Assembly: GCA_000708835.1 (NCBI GenBank)
Contig: DF237010.1
Coordinates: forward strand, 62,001-126,000
Length of the DNA stretch: 64,000 bases
Origin: Klebsormidium nitens
Taxonomy: Eukaryota; Plantae; Klebsormidiophyceae
Reading direction: 5' to 3'
The translations under genes were made by a program, and so were the position numbers. Shown here in pieces: positions 38,202 to 50,506 of the stretch (positions are counted from its first letter, which is position 1; every line of letters starts with the position of its first letter). The notes under the pieces are model-generated. The model ran no database searches. It was not told the origin of the DNA and was given only the letters and a program-made list of their open reading frames with translations.

Positions 38202-41200
38202 ATGGCCAAGCGAGCCTACAAACTGCAGGAGTTTGTGGCGCACTCCTCTAATGTCAATTGTTTGAAGATTGGGCGCCGGTCGTCTGGGGTTCTCGTGACT
38301 GGAGGCGATGACAAGAAGGTCAACATGTGGGCCATTGGGAAGCCAGATTCCATCATGGTGGGTCGTCCAACCTGGACCCCTAATGTGCAACAGAGCTCCT
38401 CGCTGTATCTAACTTTTCCCCCTGCTTTGCATGACCCCGACTGCGCTTTGAAAGTATTGGAAGAAAAGAGTGGTGCTTCCCACCTTTATAACAGTTGACG
38501 ATGTGACATGAAGAAGTTGTCATCTCGTAGTCCAGCTGCTAAGATTCGCTGAGCTTTTCTCATAAGGTTGCGCCATCGATGAGGCTTTCACCTTGAGCGT
38601 GCATTTGCACTGGTTTTGAGCTGACGATCTGGGCCCACACCGGTAGCCTGGACGAGTCACTGTCCATTTTATGACTTGCGCAGCTGCAATCACAAAGTTT
38701 GAGCTGGCAGACGCTTGGATTTGTCCACGAACTGCTGCATTAATGACTTTTGTAGTCCAAGTCGACCATACCCTTCTCCAAGTGAGAGGACTTCTCCAAG
38801 CTGCCGCTCCGGGACCACTGAGCCAAGCTTGCACCTCCATATTTTGCACTTTTCAAAGAAATCTTCCGACCCGGACAAAACACATGAAAAGCAAAGCGCT
38901 TCTTCTTGTCTGCAGAGCCTCACCGGGCACAGCAGCCCAATCGAGTGCGTCACCTTCGACCTGGCTGAGGAGATCGTAGTGGCCGGCGCAGCTGGCGGCA
39001 CTCTCAAGATCTGGGATCTTGAGCTCCAGAAAGTCGTGCGAACTCTGACGGGCCACCGCGCGAACTGCATCTCTGTGGATTTCCATCCATACGGGGAGTA
39101 CTTTGCGTCGGGTTCACTGGACACTAACCTGAAGATCTGGGACATCCGGAGGCGCGGGTGTGTTCACACCTACAAGGGCCACACGGGGGGCGTGCGGTGT
39201 GTGAAGTTCAGCCCGGACGGAAGGTGGCTCGTGTCGGGCGGACAGGACAACTCAGTCAAGGTCCGTGGTCTGCAACACTTGTCTCGGCTTTTGTTCATTT
39301 CACACCCTGCCGCCAGTCTCCCAGGTTTCTTTGCGAGCTGCTTTAGTTTCATGTTGTCAAGTTCAGCTGGTTCGCTCAACTTTGAAACCCTTCTTTGCTC
39401 TTTCACACTGTGGCCTTCAATGAAGAGGGGTTGCTTCACTCCTTGCGGTGTTGTTCCTTCACCTTCGCCGACAAGTGATGCTCGCACCAAAGGAAAAGCT
39501 TTCTGTTCCTGTCAGTAGAATGACAGTTGCTGTTTTGGTGCGCAGCTGTGGGATCTAACGGCGGGCAAAATGATGCACGACTTTACGCTCCATGACGGGC
39601 CAATCCACGACCTCACGTTTCATCCCCACGAGTTCGTCCTGGCCACTGGCTCCCAGGACCGCACCACCAAACTGTGGGACCTTGAGACGTACGAGCTCAT
39701 TGGCTCAGCTGGGCCGGAAACAACCGGTGTGCGAAACGTGTTTTTCACGCCAGACGGGAGAACGGTCCTCAGCGCCGTTCAGGACAATCTCAAGGTACGG
39801 ATTGTGCATGTTAGGTGAAGAATGGTGGTTAGAGGTGGATGCTGAAAGGTCGCCAGTACAGAAGATAGAGATGTGTGGGGTTTGTCTCCTGCTGCTGGTG
39901 GTATTTGTGCTGCTGTACCGCAGCCCTCAGCAGCTTCCGCAGAGCAATTCGCTCGTTCAAACGGGAAACAGCCTTGATCGGCAAACCGAACAGCCGCTTG
40001 CCTCCAAAGTTCCTGATGCTGGCCAACGGTCATTGGAGTGAGTTGCTGCAAGTCAAAATGCTCGTCGCGACCTGGGAACTTGACGAGAGGTGAATCCTTT
40101 GACGTTAGGACAACGTCCTGGTCCAGTCGTTAACCGACGCAGCTGCTTTGACCTGGCAGGTGTGGGGCTGGGAGCCTGTGGTGTGCCATGACACAGTCGA
40201 CACCAACTGGGGCCGCATATCCGATATGGCGCTGCACGAGGGCAAAGTCATAGGCTGCTCCATCCAGCAGAGCACCGTCGGCGTCTGGATCGTCGACCTT
40301 TCCCGCGTCGCGCCCTTCTCCGCCGGAGCACAGAGCAAAGCGGCCCCAAAACCGATCAGCCGGCCCGCAACCGAGATCCGCCCCGTCAGCAACGGCAGCG
40401 ATAACGGGAGCCAAGTGGCAAGCCGCGAGTCGAGCCAACAGTCTAGCCGGGCCACGACGCCCGCGAAACCAATCAGCCGCGCCCGAACCCCTCCAGACAG
40501 CGCTGAGCAAGTGTTCAGCAGCCCGTCCGTGCACGCCGGCAGCGCATCGTCGCCCCCGCCAGCCAAAGCCGCCGACTTCTACGCTCCCCGGGCGTCCCCT
40601 GCGGCAGCAAGCGGAGCGCGGCAGGCAGGGTCTGTCATTGCCACACCTCCAAGGGGATCCCCCCGGCCTGGAGCTGATGTTTCTACAGCGCCTCTGCCGT
40701 CAGATAGGAGTGAAAAGCGAGAGTTGCAGAGGACACCCCCGCGAAGAAGAGAAGAGGCGACCCCGAGAGGAGAGAAGGGTAACGGCGGCAGCAGCTCGCT
40801 GCCAAGAGGCGAGGACCGAGACCCCATGGGCGAGGCGGCCGCTTCAGGAAGCGGACGAACAGAAGAAGGGACGGAAGGTGGAGTAAATGTCAAGCACAAC
40901 AACGGGAGTGTGACTGACCGCAGTGCTCCCAAGGATTACGAGCGGCCCTCCCAACCTAACAGCTCCGCCGACGACACCGGACAGAAAGCTGGGATCGGCC
41001 GGCGCGTCAGCCGGGCCGAGAAGAAAGAGATCGAGTTCGAGATCCTCGCGCCTGCGGGACCAAACCCGCACCGTACGTCGGAGGCTGACGCTGCGGGGGT
41101 GCCCACGTCAGCAGAGCCAGTGAGGGCCGGGGGCAAGCGCCGGTCCGGGCTGTTCAAGCCGGAGGACCACGACATTTTCGGACCAACTCGGACTGCGGAC

Positions 41201-43763
41201 GGGGCGGGCTTGAGCGGACGGGATTCGGACGCTGTAGTACGGTCCGAGAACGGGAGGGAGGCGGAAGGGGCGGTACCGAGCGGACGGGGGAAGTCGCCGA
41301 GAGGCGAGAAGGAGACTAAGAGCGTTGCCATTGCGGCCCCGGGGGACTCGCTGATGAGAGGGGCGGCGTTGCCGGGAGCGGCGTTGAGCACTCCGGGACC
41401 GTCAGGTATGTGCGGAGCTGCGCAGTCATCGTTCCGTCTTTGGAAGTCGTTTGTACTTGCCCGACGACCCGAATATGCAAGCCCTCTTCACCTGGTGATG
41501 TTGCTCGACCTCGTTTGAGAAGGTGGTGATTTTGCAGCCAGAAGTACAACGCTTGAAAATGAACGGAGACTTCACCTGCCTTGTATTGCTGTGTGCCTTT
41601 GGATGTGCCCGTCTGGCTCCTGCCAGTTTTGCAATCTTGTGTTATCTAGGCCTTCAGTGACTCTCACGTGTGTTGTTTTCGCTTCTCAGGTCGAGAGCCA
41701 CCGTTCTCGCATCACACCCCGGCCTCCAACGGTGGTTCCCGGGCGCGAGTTGACGCTCTGTCAGCCTTGTCAGCGTTAGCACGGTCACCTTCGGTTACTG
41801 GCGACCGGTCACGGAAAGAAGGGCCGTTGGGATTAGACATCAAAGCATTCCTCCCGGTAAGCCGTTGACTCGAATCGGCTCTAACGAAAGAATGACTTTG
41901 GCCTTGCAAACGTTGCTGCCAAGTTGATAATTTCATAAGTAGGTCCGGTCAGTCGGCTTTCAGCTTGCTGGATTCTCACCTAGGTGCTGTCCATCTCTGA
42001 ATCCAGTTGCGTGAAACCGACGCGAGTATCTTTCTTTCGTGCTCTTTCTTCAAGCAGCAGTACGTGAAGATCGAGCGTCCTCATGTTGTCGACTTGATCC
42101 GACCAATCTTTCTTACCCCTCTCGAGAAGCACTTTCAATATTGTTCTCGAAGACGACGTCAACGGTATTCAAAGTCTCATCTGCTGACGTATGCCTTTTG
42201 CACTGACCGCTGTACTGTTCTCGAAGACGACGTGAACTGTGTACAGAGTCTCATCTGCTGACGTACCCTTTTGCACCGTCCCCCACAGAAGAGCGCCTCC
42301 AAGCTGGCCCCCGACGGGGACGCCGCGAGCGTCTCCGACGCCGAACTGATCGAGTCACTCATGGGGCAACACGCCACAATGAGCACTATCATGCAATCCC
42401 GGCTCACCAATTTGGCGGTGGTCCGCACTTTCTGGGCGCGTAACGATCTCAAGGGGGCGATCGAGGCGATGGACAAAATGGCGGACCATGCGTTGTTAGT
42501 GGACGTCCTCGGGACCATGGCGCACCGGTCGGACGTATTCTCACTGGAGCTGGCCGCGCAGGCGATGCCGCTGCTGGGGGAGCTGCTCACCAGCCAGCAC
42601 GACAGGTGCGCGCTCGACATTTCTCGTCGCTGCTGTTTATGTGTATTCTTTGTGACGGGTGGAAGCGACGCCGTAGTAGCATAGTTTGTGTTGGGACGAG
42701 TGCATCAGTTGTGACGTAACCGGGAAAGCTGCTTACCAGCAAGTACGAGATGTGCGCGTGCGGATATTTTGCGGCTGATTGCATGCATGTTCGTACCAAC
42801 TGACGGGGTGGAGAGTTTCGGAAGAGAGGCCGTAGTGGTGTGGAGTGGGATGTGACGTGTGTATATGAGACGCGTAGCTGTGCAGTAGCGGCTCCCTGAG
42901 ATTGCCTCGGTGATATATTAGCCGACAACATTTGGAGACTCTGCTTGGATTGAGCGACTCGATTGGGCGGCCCTTGTGGGCAATTTTAGGCTGCTTACGT
43001 TGTTCACTTCCTACGTCAATCTCTGTTCTGCAGATACGTCCTGGTCGCCATTGCTGTTGCCGCGAGCCTGTTGAAAAGCTTCGGCTCGCTGATCAAGGAA
43101 GCCAGGCAGGCGTCCCCGGCGGTGGGTGTGGACCTCAGTGCAGAGGAAAGGTCAGCATCAAAGTTTCCGGGTTTAGAATTTTAGGATCCTAGGGGTTAGG
43201 GACATGCCTGTGAGCGGTAAGGTTTCTTTTGTGCTGCCACCCTCTCCAAATGGAGGAACGAGACCTTCGTAATTGTTGCTCTTCTCCTTTAGCAAGTCGG
43301 TTCTCTGCTAGCAAACAACTCTTTCCGGTGAAATTTTACCAGCCTTTTGCCATCCGCGCTGGTCCTGAGTTAGAAAGAGCGATTTGACTCGTCTGCTAAT
43401 GGCCTCCTAAGCTGATTCCCACCGTTCCTGTGGTGCAGATTAGAGCGATGCAATGCGTGTTACCGTGGGTTCCTCGTCTTGAGAGGGAAGCTAGAGGGCC
43501 TAGCAAGGTACGCTGCCTGTGCCTCCTTTGTTTCTTGAGCACCTCACTCTTTGAGTACGTTGGCAACTGATATGTTGCTTTTCATTCGGGCATCGTACGT
43601 GCCCCTCAAATGAGGACTTCGCGGGCCTCGAAATTCACAAGAGTTTCGGCTATGCAAGAGCGCGGTGTCATACGTTCTTCTTGTTTCTTGACTGCGCAGG
43701 ACTAGTGGGGAGGTCGGCAAGATGTCAAGGGAGCTCATTTTCGAGCTCGAAGAACTACAATGA
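38202..43763 (+). CDS. KATNB1: Katanin p80 WD40 regulatory subunit, 9 exons
   Basis: Exons 38202-38357, 38916-39260, 39546-39794, 40160-41405, 41690-41856, 42289-42605, 43034-43150, 43439-43507, 43700-43763. Contains [23 protein letters not shown]40 repeats, a disordered linker and the C-terminal con80 domain ([31 protein letters not shown]). Confidence 0.95.
42142..42276 (+). repeat. 74-bp tandem duplication in katanin p80 intron 5
   Basis: TGTTCTCGAAGACGACGT...GTCTCATCTGCTGACGTA..CCTTTTGCAC occurs starting at 42142 and again at 42216. Confidence 0.85.
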
Positions 43764-44717
43764 TGGCTTGTCGTGATTGACCGTCACTTAAGCAGTAGGG
43801 TCATTGAATGGGGCCTTCAACTTCAGGATTCCGCGTACCTCGACTTCCAAGGCCGTCGCCGTGATTAGTGCCTACATCTGGCTTATGTCAGATCCTCTCG
43901 ATTACAATCGCAGTAAAGGCTCTGTTTTTATATGCATCCGACCATGCGGCGGTCATCAACCTTTACGGCCCTCTAGTATATACAGCTCTACGTTGTACAT
44001 CAATAGCATGTGCATCATGAATGTCACAAGTCTAGGATTTGCGCGGCTGCAATTGAGTGATTGCAATTCTTAAGAATGATTGTATATTGTATATCAATAA
44101 TGCTTATGGATTCTAACTATGGTTCAACTCCCGGCATCATGATGCCGAGTGACTCGTCTCTTCCAGCGGCCACGAGATCTCATGATCGAGTCGAATTGGC
44201 TTGCAACACTGATAGATCGAGCCTGGTGTCTGTACTATTGAATACCCGGACATACCTGTACCAAGTTGCACGTACAGGCTGGCATTCTGCCGGTCGGACG
44301 CCAATTAACAAGCTCGGACCGCCGCCGGGATCTGCCAATGCGCGCGCGCGGACGCGTTTCACAAATCATGAACCCCATGCAGCCTCATGAATCCAGGCGC
44401 TTGCGCATGGTAATGGTCGGTTTGAACTGGGGGATCATCCAATTCGCCGATCAACTTTCGACCGTCGGATGTTTTGACGCTTGCACGTCTACCCTCCGAT
44501 GTGGTATGTACAGTGTATCCTACTCTGCTTGAGAGCTGTCCAGAGCTGGCATGAGGTGCAAGCGCTTTGGAGAAACCTACAAGTCGCATTGCACAGCAAG
44601 CATACATGTGCCATAATGGGCAGTCGGTGCATGGGGAATACGAATGGGAATCCAATTTGAGCTTGAGTGGGTGGTGGGCCCTGATAGCTGTGTGAAGCGC
44701 ATTGAAGATCGGTGAGC

Positions 44718-47700
44718 ATGTTTGGAGTCAAGAGGTGGGGCGGGGCCGAGGTGCATGAAACTAGCGGGGCAGAAGCGCAGGCGCGGTTGGAGGCATGGAA
44801 GAAGAAAGCAAAAGAGCGTGAGGAGGCCAAGCGCAAGGAGGGGCAACAGGGTGACTTGCCTTTGGAGCCAAATGTTGCAGGCGCCAAGAGTAAAAGCAGC
44901 TCACAGAAGGTGAAAAGAACAAGTAAGGGAGAATCCAATGGGGCTTTGGGTTCTGCCAATGAGCACATTGAACCCAGAGAGGAAAGGCAGCTAGTTCTTG
45001 CTAAAGAGCAATCAGATGCGGTCAGGAGAAAAGCAAGTGAAAAGGATAGCGTCAATTTGAATGGAGATAAAGCAAAGTTGCCTCCGGCCCTGGATCTAAA
45101 CAGGGCAGCAGACAAGGAGCCTGATGGGGCTGAGCGTGATGGTAAAGGTGGTGCTGCGCAGAATGGCCCCAGAAGCACCGCAAAAGCGGCGTTTACCAAA
45201 TCAGCTCTCGCGCTTCAGGAGCAGAGTGCACGAAAAGCCGTAGAAACAGCGCGTGCCGAGAAACGGGAACTGAAGCGGCGGAAGGAAGTCGAGCGGGCGC
45301 ACGACATCATTGCGAAGAAAGCAAAGAAGGCTGGCAAGGCAGTCACTGCGAATCTAGATGTGCCGCCAGTTGATGCTCTAGAGGAGGATGAAGAGGCAAC
45401 AAAAGAAGAGAGGAAGCGCCTCAAGCGGCAGAAGCGAGAGGAGAGGAGGAAAACAAAGGAAGCCGGCGCTCAAAATGACTCTTCGAAGAAACAGGCCGAT
45501 GAGCGAACGACAGCTCCGGTTGATGTCGCCGAGCCTAGCGAGCCGGAGACCGGCCCTTCCAGTGAGGCTGTAGAAAGAAGTGAGCACGAGGACTTTTTAG
45601 AGGATGAGGATGAGCAGCGGACAGCAGCCGGGGGGGAGGCGCCTGCAGAGGCAGCGGAGCACCGCAAGCGGAAGCGAAGAAAAGCGGGTGGCGAAAGCGA
45701 AGATGCGGGGGAGCAAGTGGTCCAAGATTTTGGAAGTGGAGATGGGGAGCACCGCAAGCGACGGAAGCAAAAGTCTGCTTCTTTGGAAATCAGTTTGGAA
45801 GAACCCAATCCCCAGTCTCTGCCAGAAAGCTTGGAGGGTGGTGGGGTTGATGAACATACTGCAGAGCCCCAAGCGGGCCCAGTTATACTTCCTGAAGCTC
45901 CCCCCACAAAAGGCCCACCGCTTTTGCCGTGGATGCGGGCACCGATTGAGATTGGGGAGGATGAGGGATTGGAACTGAGCCTTGTGCCTGGGTTGGATCC
46001 AAGACTGAGGGGCGCGCTGGAGAAGACGGGGGTCGCGGGGCTGTTTCCGGTGCAGGCTGCTGTGTGGAGGGAAATGGTAGGCAGCTGAAAGATGCTTCAG
46101 AACACAGCTTCTCAATTGAACTTGAGTGTTGTTTTGGCTGTTGCAAAGCGGAGTTGTTGCAAAACGGAGAAGTTGTTCTCGAGTTCTGGTCAAATCGGTG
46201 GAGGCATGTTCCCAAAGCTTGTGATGCAAGCATCTGCTTGACATGCAACCGCATGCATCTTCCAGCTCAAGCCCACATTTCTTTTCTGGGCGTTCTTTTC
46301 TATCTGATGCAAATCTCATCAGGATGCACGAGCAGGACTGCGAAGAAGTGTGACCCAACACGTGTTGTCGTCTTACCAGGTGGCCAGCGGTTGTGAGGAT
46401 CACGACCTGTGCGTGTGCGCCCCCACCGGCAGCGGCAAGACGTTCTCGTATGCGCTGCCCATCTGCCAGGGCCTCTCCACCCGCATCGTGCGCAGGCTCA
46501 GAGCGCTCGTTGTTTTGCCAACACGGGATCTCGCCTCTCAGGTGGGGAAAAAAGCATTTTCACACCTAGTCTGCTGCACTTCGAGAAAGAAACACCTCCA
46601 GTAATGTGCCGCTTGGTGATGCTCCCTCCAAAACTTCATTGCAACGCTGTATTGGGGTTCAGCTTGGAGGAGGGAAACAACAATTGGAGCATTTAATTCT
46701 GAGTGACAGGGGCATTGCATACCAGCTATTCATCTCTCCTGCAGTCTGAATCTCGCCAGGGCAAAGTCTTCCCTTCATGAAACAAACGTCAATTTTGGTC
46801 ACAGGTGAAGGCCGTGTTCGAGCTGCTGGCACCGTCGCTTGGATTGGCCGTCGGTTTGGCGGTGGGGCAGACGTCTCTAGCAGGGGAGGCGCAGCAGCTG
46901 GTCTCTTCCGCGAGATGCCCGCCAGGGGATTGCGCTCCAGAGAGCGGTTCTTCACTGTCTGACAGTAACGTCGACATTCTGGTGTGCACTCCCGGGCGGC
47001 TGATGGACCACGTGCACGACACCCCCGGGTTTACGCTGCAGCACCTGCGCTACCTGGTGAGATAGATTCGGGTTGGTGGTATTTGAGTTGTACGCAAGGA
47101 TGGGACGTCTATCAAAGCTTGTGGTCCCTTTTCATTGAGGTTCTCGGTGTCAGCCACCTTGTCTTGGACGGAATGCAGAATCTAGAACGCAGGATGACTA
47201 TCAATGAGAACGGCGTGCCATTGATATAATAGGAGACCGCCTGACCAAAGCAAGTTCGCAGGACAGGCCAAAAGTCCATCGTTCCCCAAGGGTGCATGCT
47301 TTCAAATCTGTCTATGTCGTTGTCTATGTCGGTTGAGGGCAAGGCAGTACATACGATCTTACCCGATTTACACTAAACTAGATGGTGTTTGTTTGTCTAG
47401 CCGTTGAAGTCTGCTCAGTCGTTGAATTACAACGCGCATGCTGTGCTAGCATTTGTCGGATGACAGAAGCTGTGTTTGGTCTGACAAGCAAACGACATCA
47501 CCTCAGAGCTCCGTGACGTTTGCACGTCAACCCTTGTCACTAACCCGCTTTTCTCTTTCTTAACCAGGTGGTCGACGAGACCGACCGCCTCTTGCGACAA
47601 GCCTACCAAGACTGGCTCCCGATCGTCCTCGCCGCTGCCTCCGCGCCCTCCAATCAAGGAGACGTGTCCACCATCCGACGGCCGATGCTGGAGCGCGGCA

Positions 47701-50506
47701 TTCGGACGCCCGCGCCGCGCGTGGTGAAGCTGGTCCTGTCCGCAACGCTGACGCGGGACCCCGCCAAGATCCAGCAATTGCAGCTGCACCGCCCTCATTA
47801 CATCGCTACGAGTGCGAGTGATCACCGGTACAAAGTGCCGCCGCAACTGCAGGAATACCGCCTGGTAAGAAGGCAGGGGGGGAGAATTTCATTGGCTTTG
47901 CAATATCGTTGTGTTTGGCTTTCTTGGTAATCGAGCAGAAGCGAGTCATTCAGCTTGGAGAAGAAACAGCGGGCCCCTCTTCTTCGCAGCGTTGGATTTT
48001 TTCAGTCGACGGCTCGTGGCTGGCTCGGCTCTTTTTGTGATAGCTCCTTCTTGTCTCCGGACAATTGGTACTGTTTGGCTCCTGTCGTACCCTTATCATG
48101 GCTCATTGTAAGCTTGTCGGACAATTCTGTCGTTTCACTTCGTGCAGAGACATCGATCGCCCATTCCGATAGAAAGGACACGTGCCTCTGTGAGGAGTTT
48201 GCGCAATCCTCTTGAGCCCTCATTCCTTGATCGCAGGTGTGCACCGCGGGGGAGAAGCCGCTGTATCTCATCGCGCTGCTCCACCAGTTGAAGGGCCAAC
48301 GGACCATCGTCTTCACCGCGTCCGTCGAGGCGACCCACCGCCTGTTCACCCTGCTTCAGGTACGGTCGTTGTTCATTCAGAAAGCTTGTCCTTTACCAAT
48401 AAAGCTTGTCTCTTTGATGGTCGAAACCCGTCAAGTGCGTCCGTCGAGCGCACAGTACCACGGGCGCTGGTCAGCAAGATCTGGAGACGTTCTTTGACTT
48501 TCGTGCGGAATTTTACGCCGGAACTTGCGAGGTGTATCGACAGAGTCCGACGTGCCGACATCTGGCGGTGAGGAAGACATCTGTCGAGCGGTTTGAGACT
48601 CTTGCTAGGTTCCAAGAGCTGCGGTCAGTCAGCTGCCACCCTCAGTCAAGTATCTCTAAAGGGAGTCCGTACCGTCGAAACCGGCTCTCCCTCCTAAGTT
48701 GTCCTTTGTATCTTGTTGACAGTAGTCATTATCACCTGGCTGTCACTTGAAACCATAGATACAATGAGACTCCGTCTGAAGCAACGTCAACCCGTTGTTT
48801 CCTCGGAGCAGGCGTTTGAGGGGCTTCCCGTATTGGCCGGGGAGTACTCGAGCCTGCAGCCGCAGCGCGCGCGCAGTGCCACGCTGGAGGCGTTTCGGCG
48901 CGGGGAGGTGGACATGCTGGTGTCCAGCGACGCCATGACACGTGGCATGGACGTGGAGAACGTGGAGAACGTCATCTCGTATGATGCGCCCGTCTATGCC
49001 AAGGTGCGCCGCTGGAGCTATCGGTGTGAGGGTTGCGATTAACTTTCCGTCGGCTCTCAACTTTCTCGCTGCAGTTGGCTTTCTGTTTGCAGTGGACCCT
49101 CGTGCTGGCTTGTGAGACTGGTTGGTTGTAAGACTTGAAGCGTGGTCTGGTCCGGACTTGGTCAAGGCTGCGTTCGAAAGAACATTGAATGTTGCACTTT
49201 TGTTTACCCGTCATCTCAAACGTGTGCATACGTAGCGGCGTCTGATTGGGTTCTGGCGTCCTGTTGCGAAGCTGCAAGCTGATGCTTCGAAGAGATTTTG
49301 TAAGGAACAGTTGTTTCGAAACAGAACGGCTCACTGCCTTGTTTTTTGACGCCGTCCCGCCGATGGAATGACAGATGTCTATCCATCACTTTCGCCTCAA
49401 GTCGAGCACGTGGCGGTGCACTCTCACTTAATCTGGTCATTTTGACACGACCACCACGCACTTGTCACTCCCGCATCAGGCCCCTCACGGTTCGCTTTCT
49501 CGGGCCCCTAAACCTCGCACCTAAGATGTTGTTTTAGACAGAGTGTTTGTTAACACCGATAAAGGAGTGAGTATAGTATGTTTTCGACTCCCAAGAGTCC
49601 GCACCTAATGCATGGCAGACTGGCTGTGCAAGTTCTCGGGTGCGAGTTTAAGGTGCCCGAGTTTCACCCCTTACACACCCCAAAAAGCTTCTCCGCTTTC
49701 TACGCAGAGGTGCGCGGGGCGGAATTCTGAGTTCATCGAAACAAGTTTCAATCAACAAAACAAGTGTTTTCTGCCTGTTTCAAAAACCCTTTTCCGTCGT
49801 TCCTCCTATAGACGTACGTTCACCGAGCGGGGCGGACTGCTCGGGCGGGTCGTCCCGGGCGGTGCTTCACGCTGTTGCGGCGGGAGGAGGTGCGGCACTT
49901 CAAGGGCCTGCTGCGCAAGGTGGACAACAACTTCTGCCCCGACTACCCGCTGCCGTCCGCCGCCACCGACGCCCTCGTGCCGTTTTACACCGCAGGTAAG
50001 CTATGGTGCCTGTTCACACCACAGACAAGCCTGGGTGCCGTTCAGCATCGAAGGACAGCCGTTGTGCGGGTAAACGTTGCAGGATTAAACCTGGACCGTC
50101 TTGTCACGACCTGCGGGAAATGAATATTATAAAGGAAGAAAGTCTAGGAAACGTGTATCGAGTGCTAGAGATTTGCATTCCGCCCGAACGTCCTCCGATG
50201 TGACTCTTCATGCTGTACAAGGCTTCATGAGTGGAACCTGTTACAGCGCTGTAGATTTTGCTCAGAAGGCGCGTCGCCAATTCTATTGCTCCGGCCCCCC
50301 GTGAGGTCCTGTTCGCGGGCCTTCTTACATACACGTAAAAAGCCCTAGTATTCTGCCCATCAAATTGTTGCTCCTCGCAGACATTTCTTATACTTTGGAT
50401 TTTCAAAGTAAGGTTGTTCTTTTCGCGTGCAGCTCTTGAAAAGCTGAAGGAGACGGTGGCGGGGGAGAGCGCCGGAGGCGGCAGTACTAAGCAGCCCCCT
50501 GGATGA
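44718..50506 (+). CDS. RH1: DEAD-box RNA helicase RH1/DDX51-like (ribosome biogenesis), 8 exons
   Basis: Exons 44718-46076, 46380-46541, 46805-47056, 47568-47864, 48237-48359, 48812-49003, 49812-49995, 50433-50506. Motifs [34 protein letters not shown] and HRAGRTAR. Long charged N-terminal extension. Confidence 0.93.

Noticed and set aside
25345-46403. Many long ORFs in the supplied track antisense to or overlapping real exons (e.g. 6096-6623, 6637-7302, 33320-33754, 44489-45199, 45597-46403)
   Set aside because: They are shadows of GC-rich coding exons on the opposite strand or frame, with no recognisable domains.
47568-47590. DETD instead of DEAD in helicase motif II
   Set aside because: From recall this is the normal variant in plant RH1 proteins, not a sign of inactivation.
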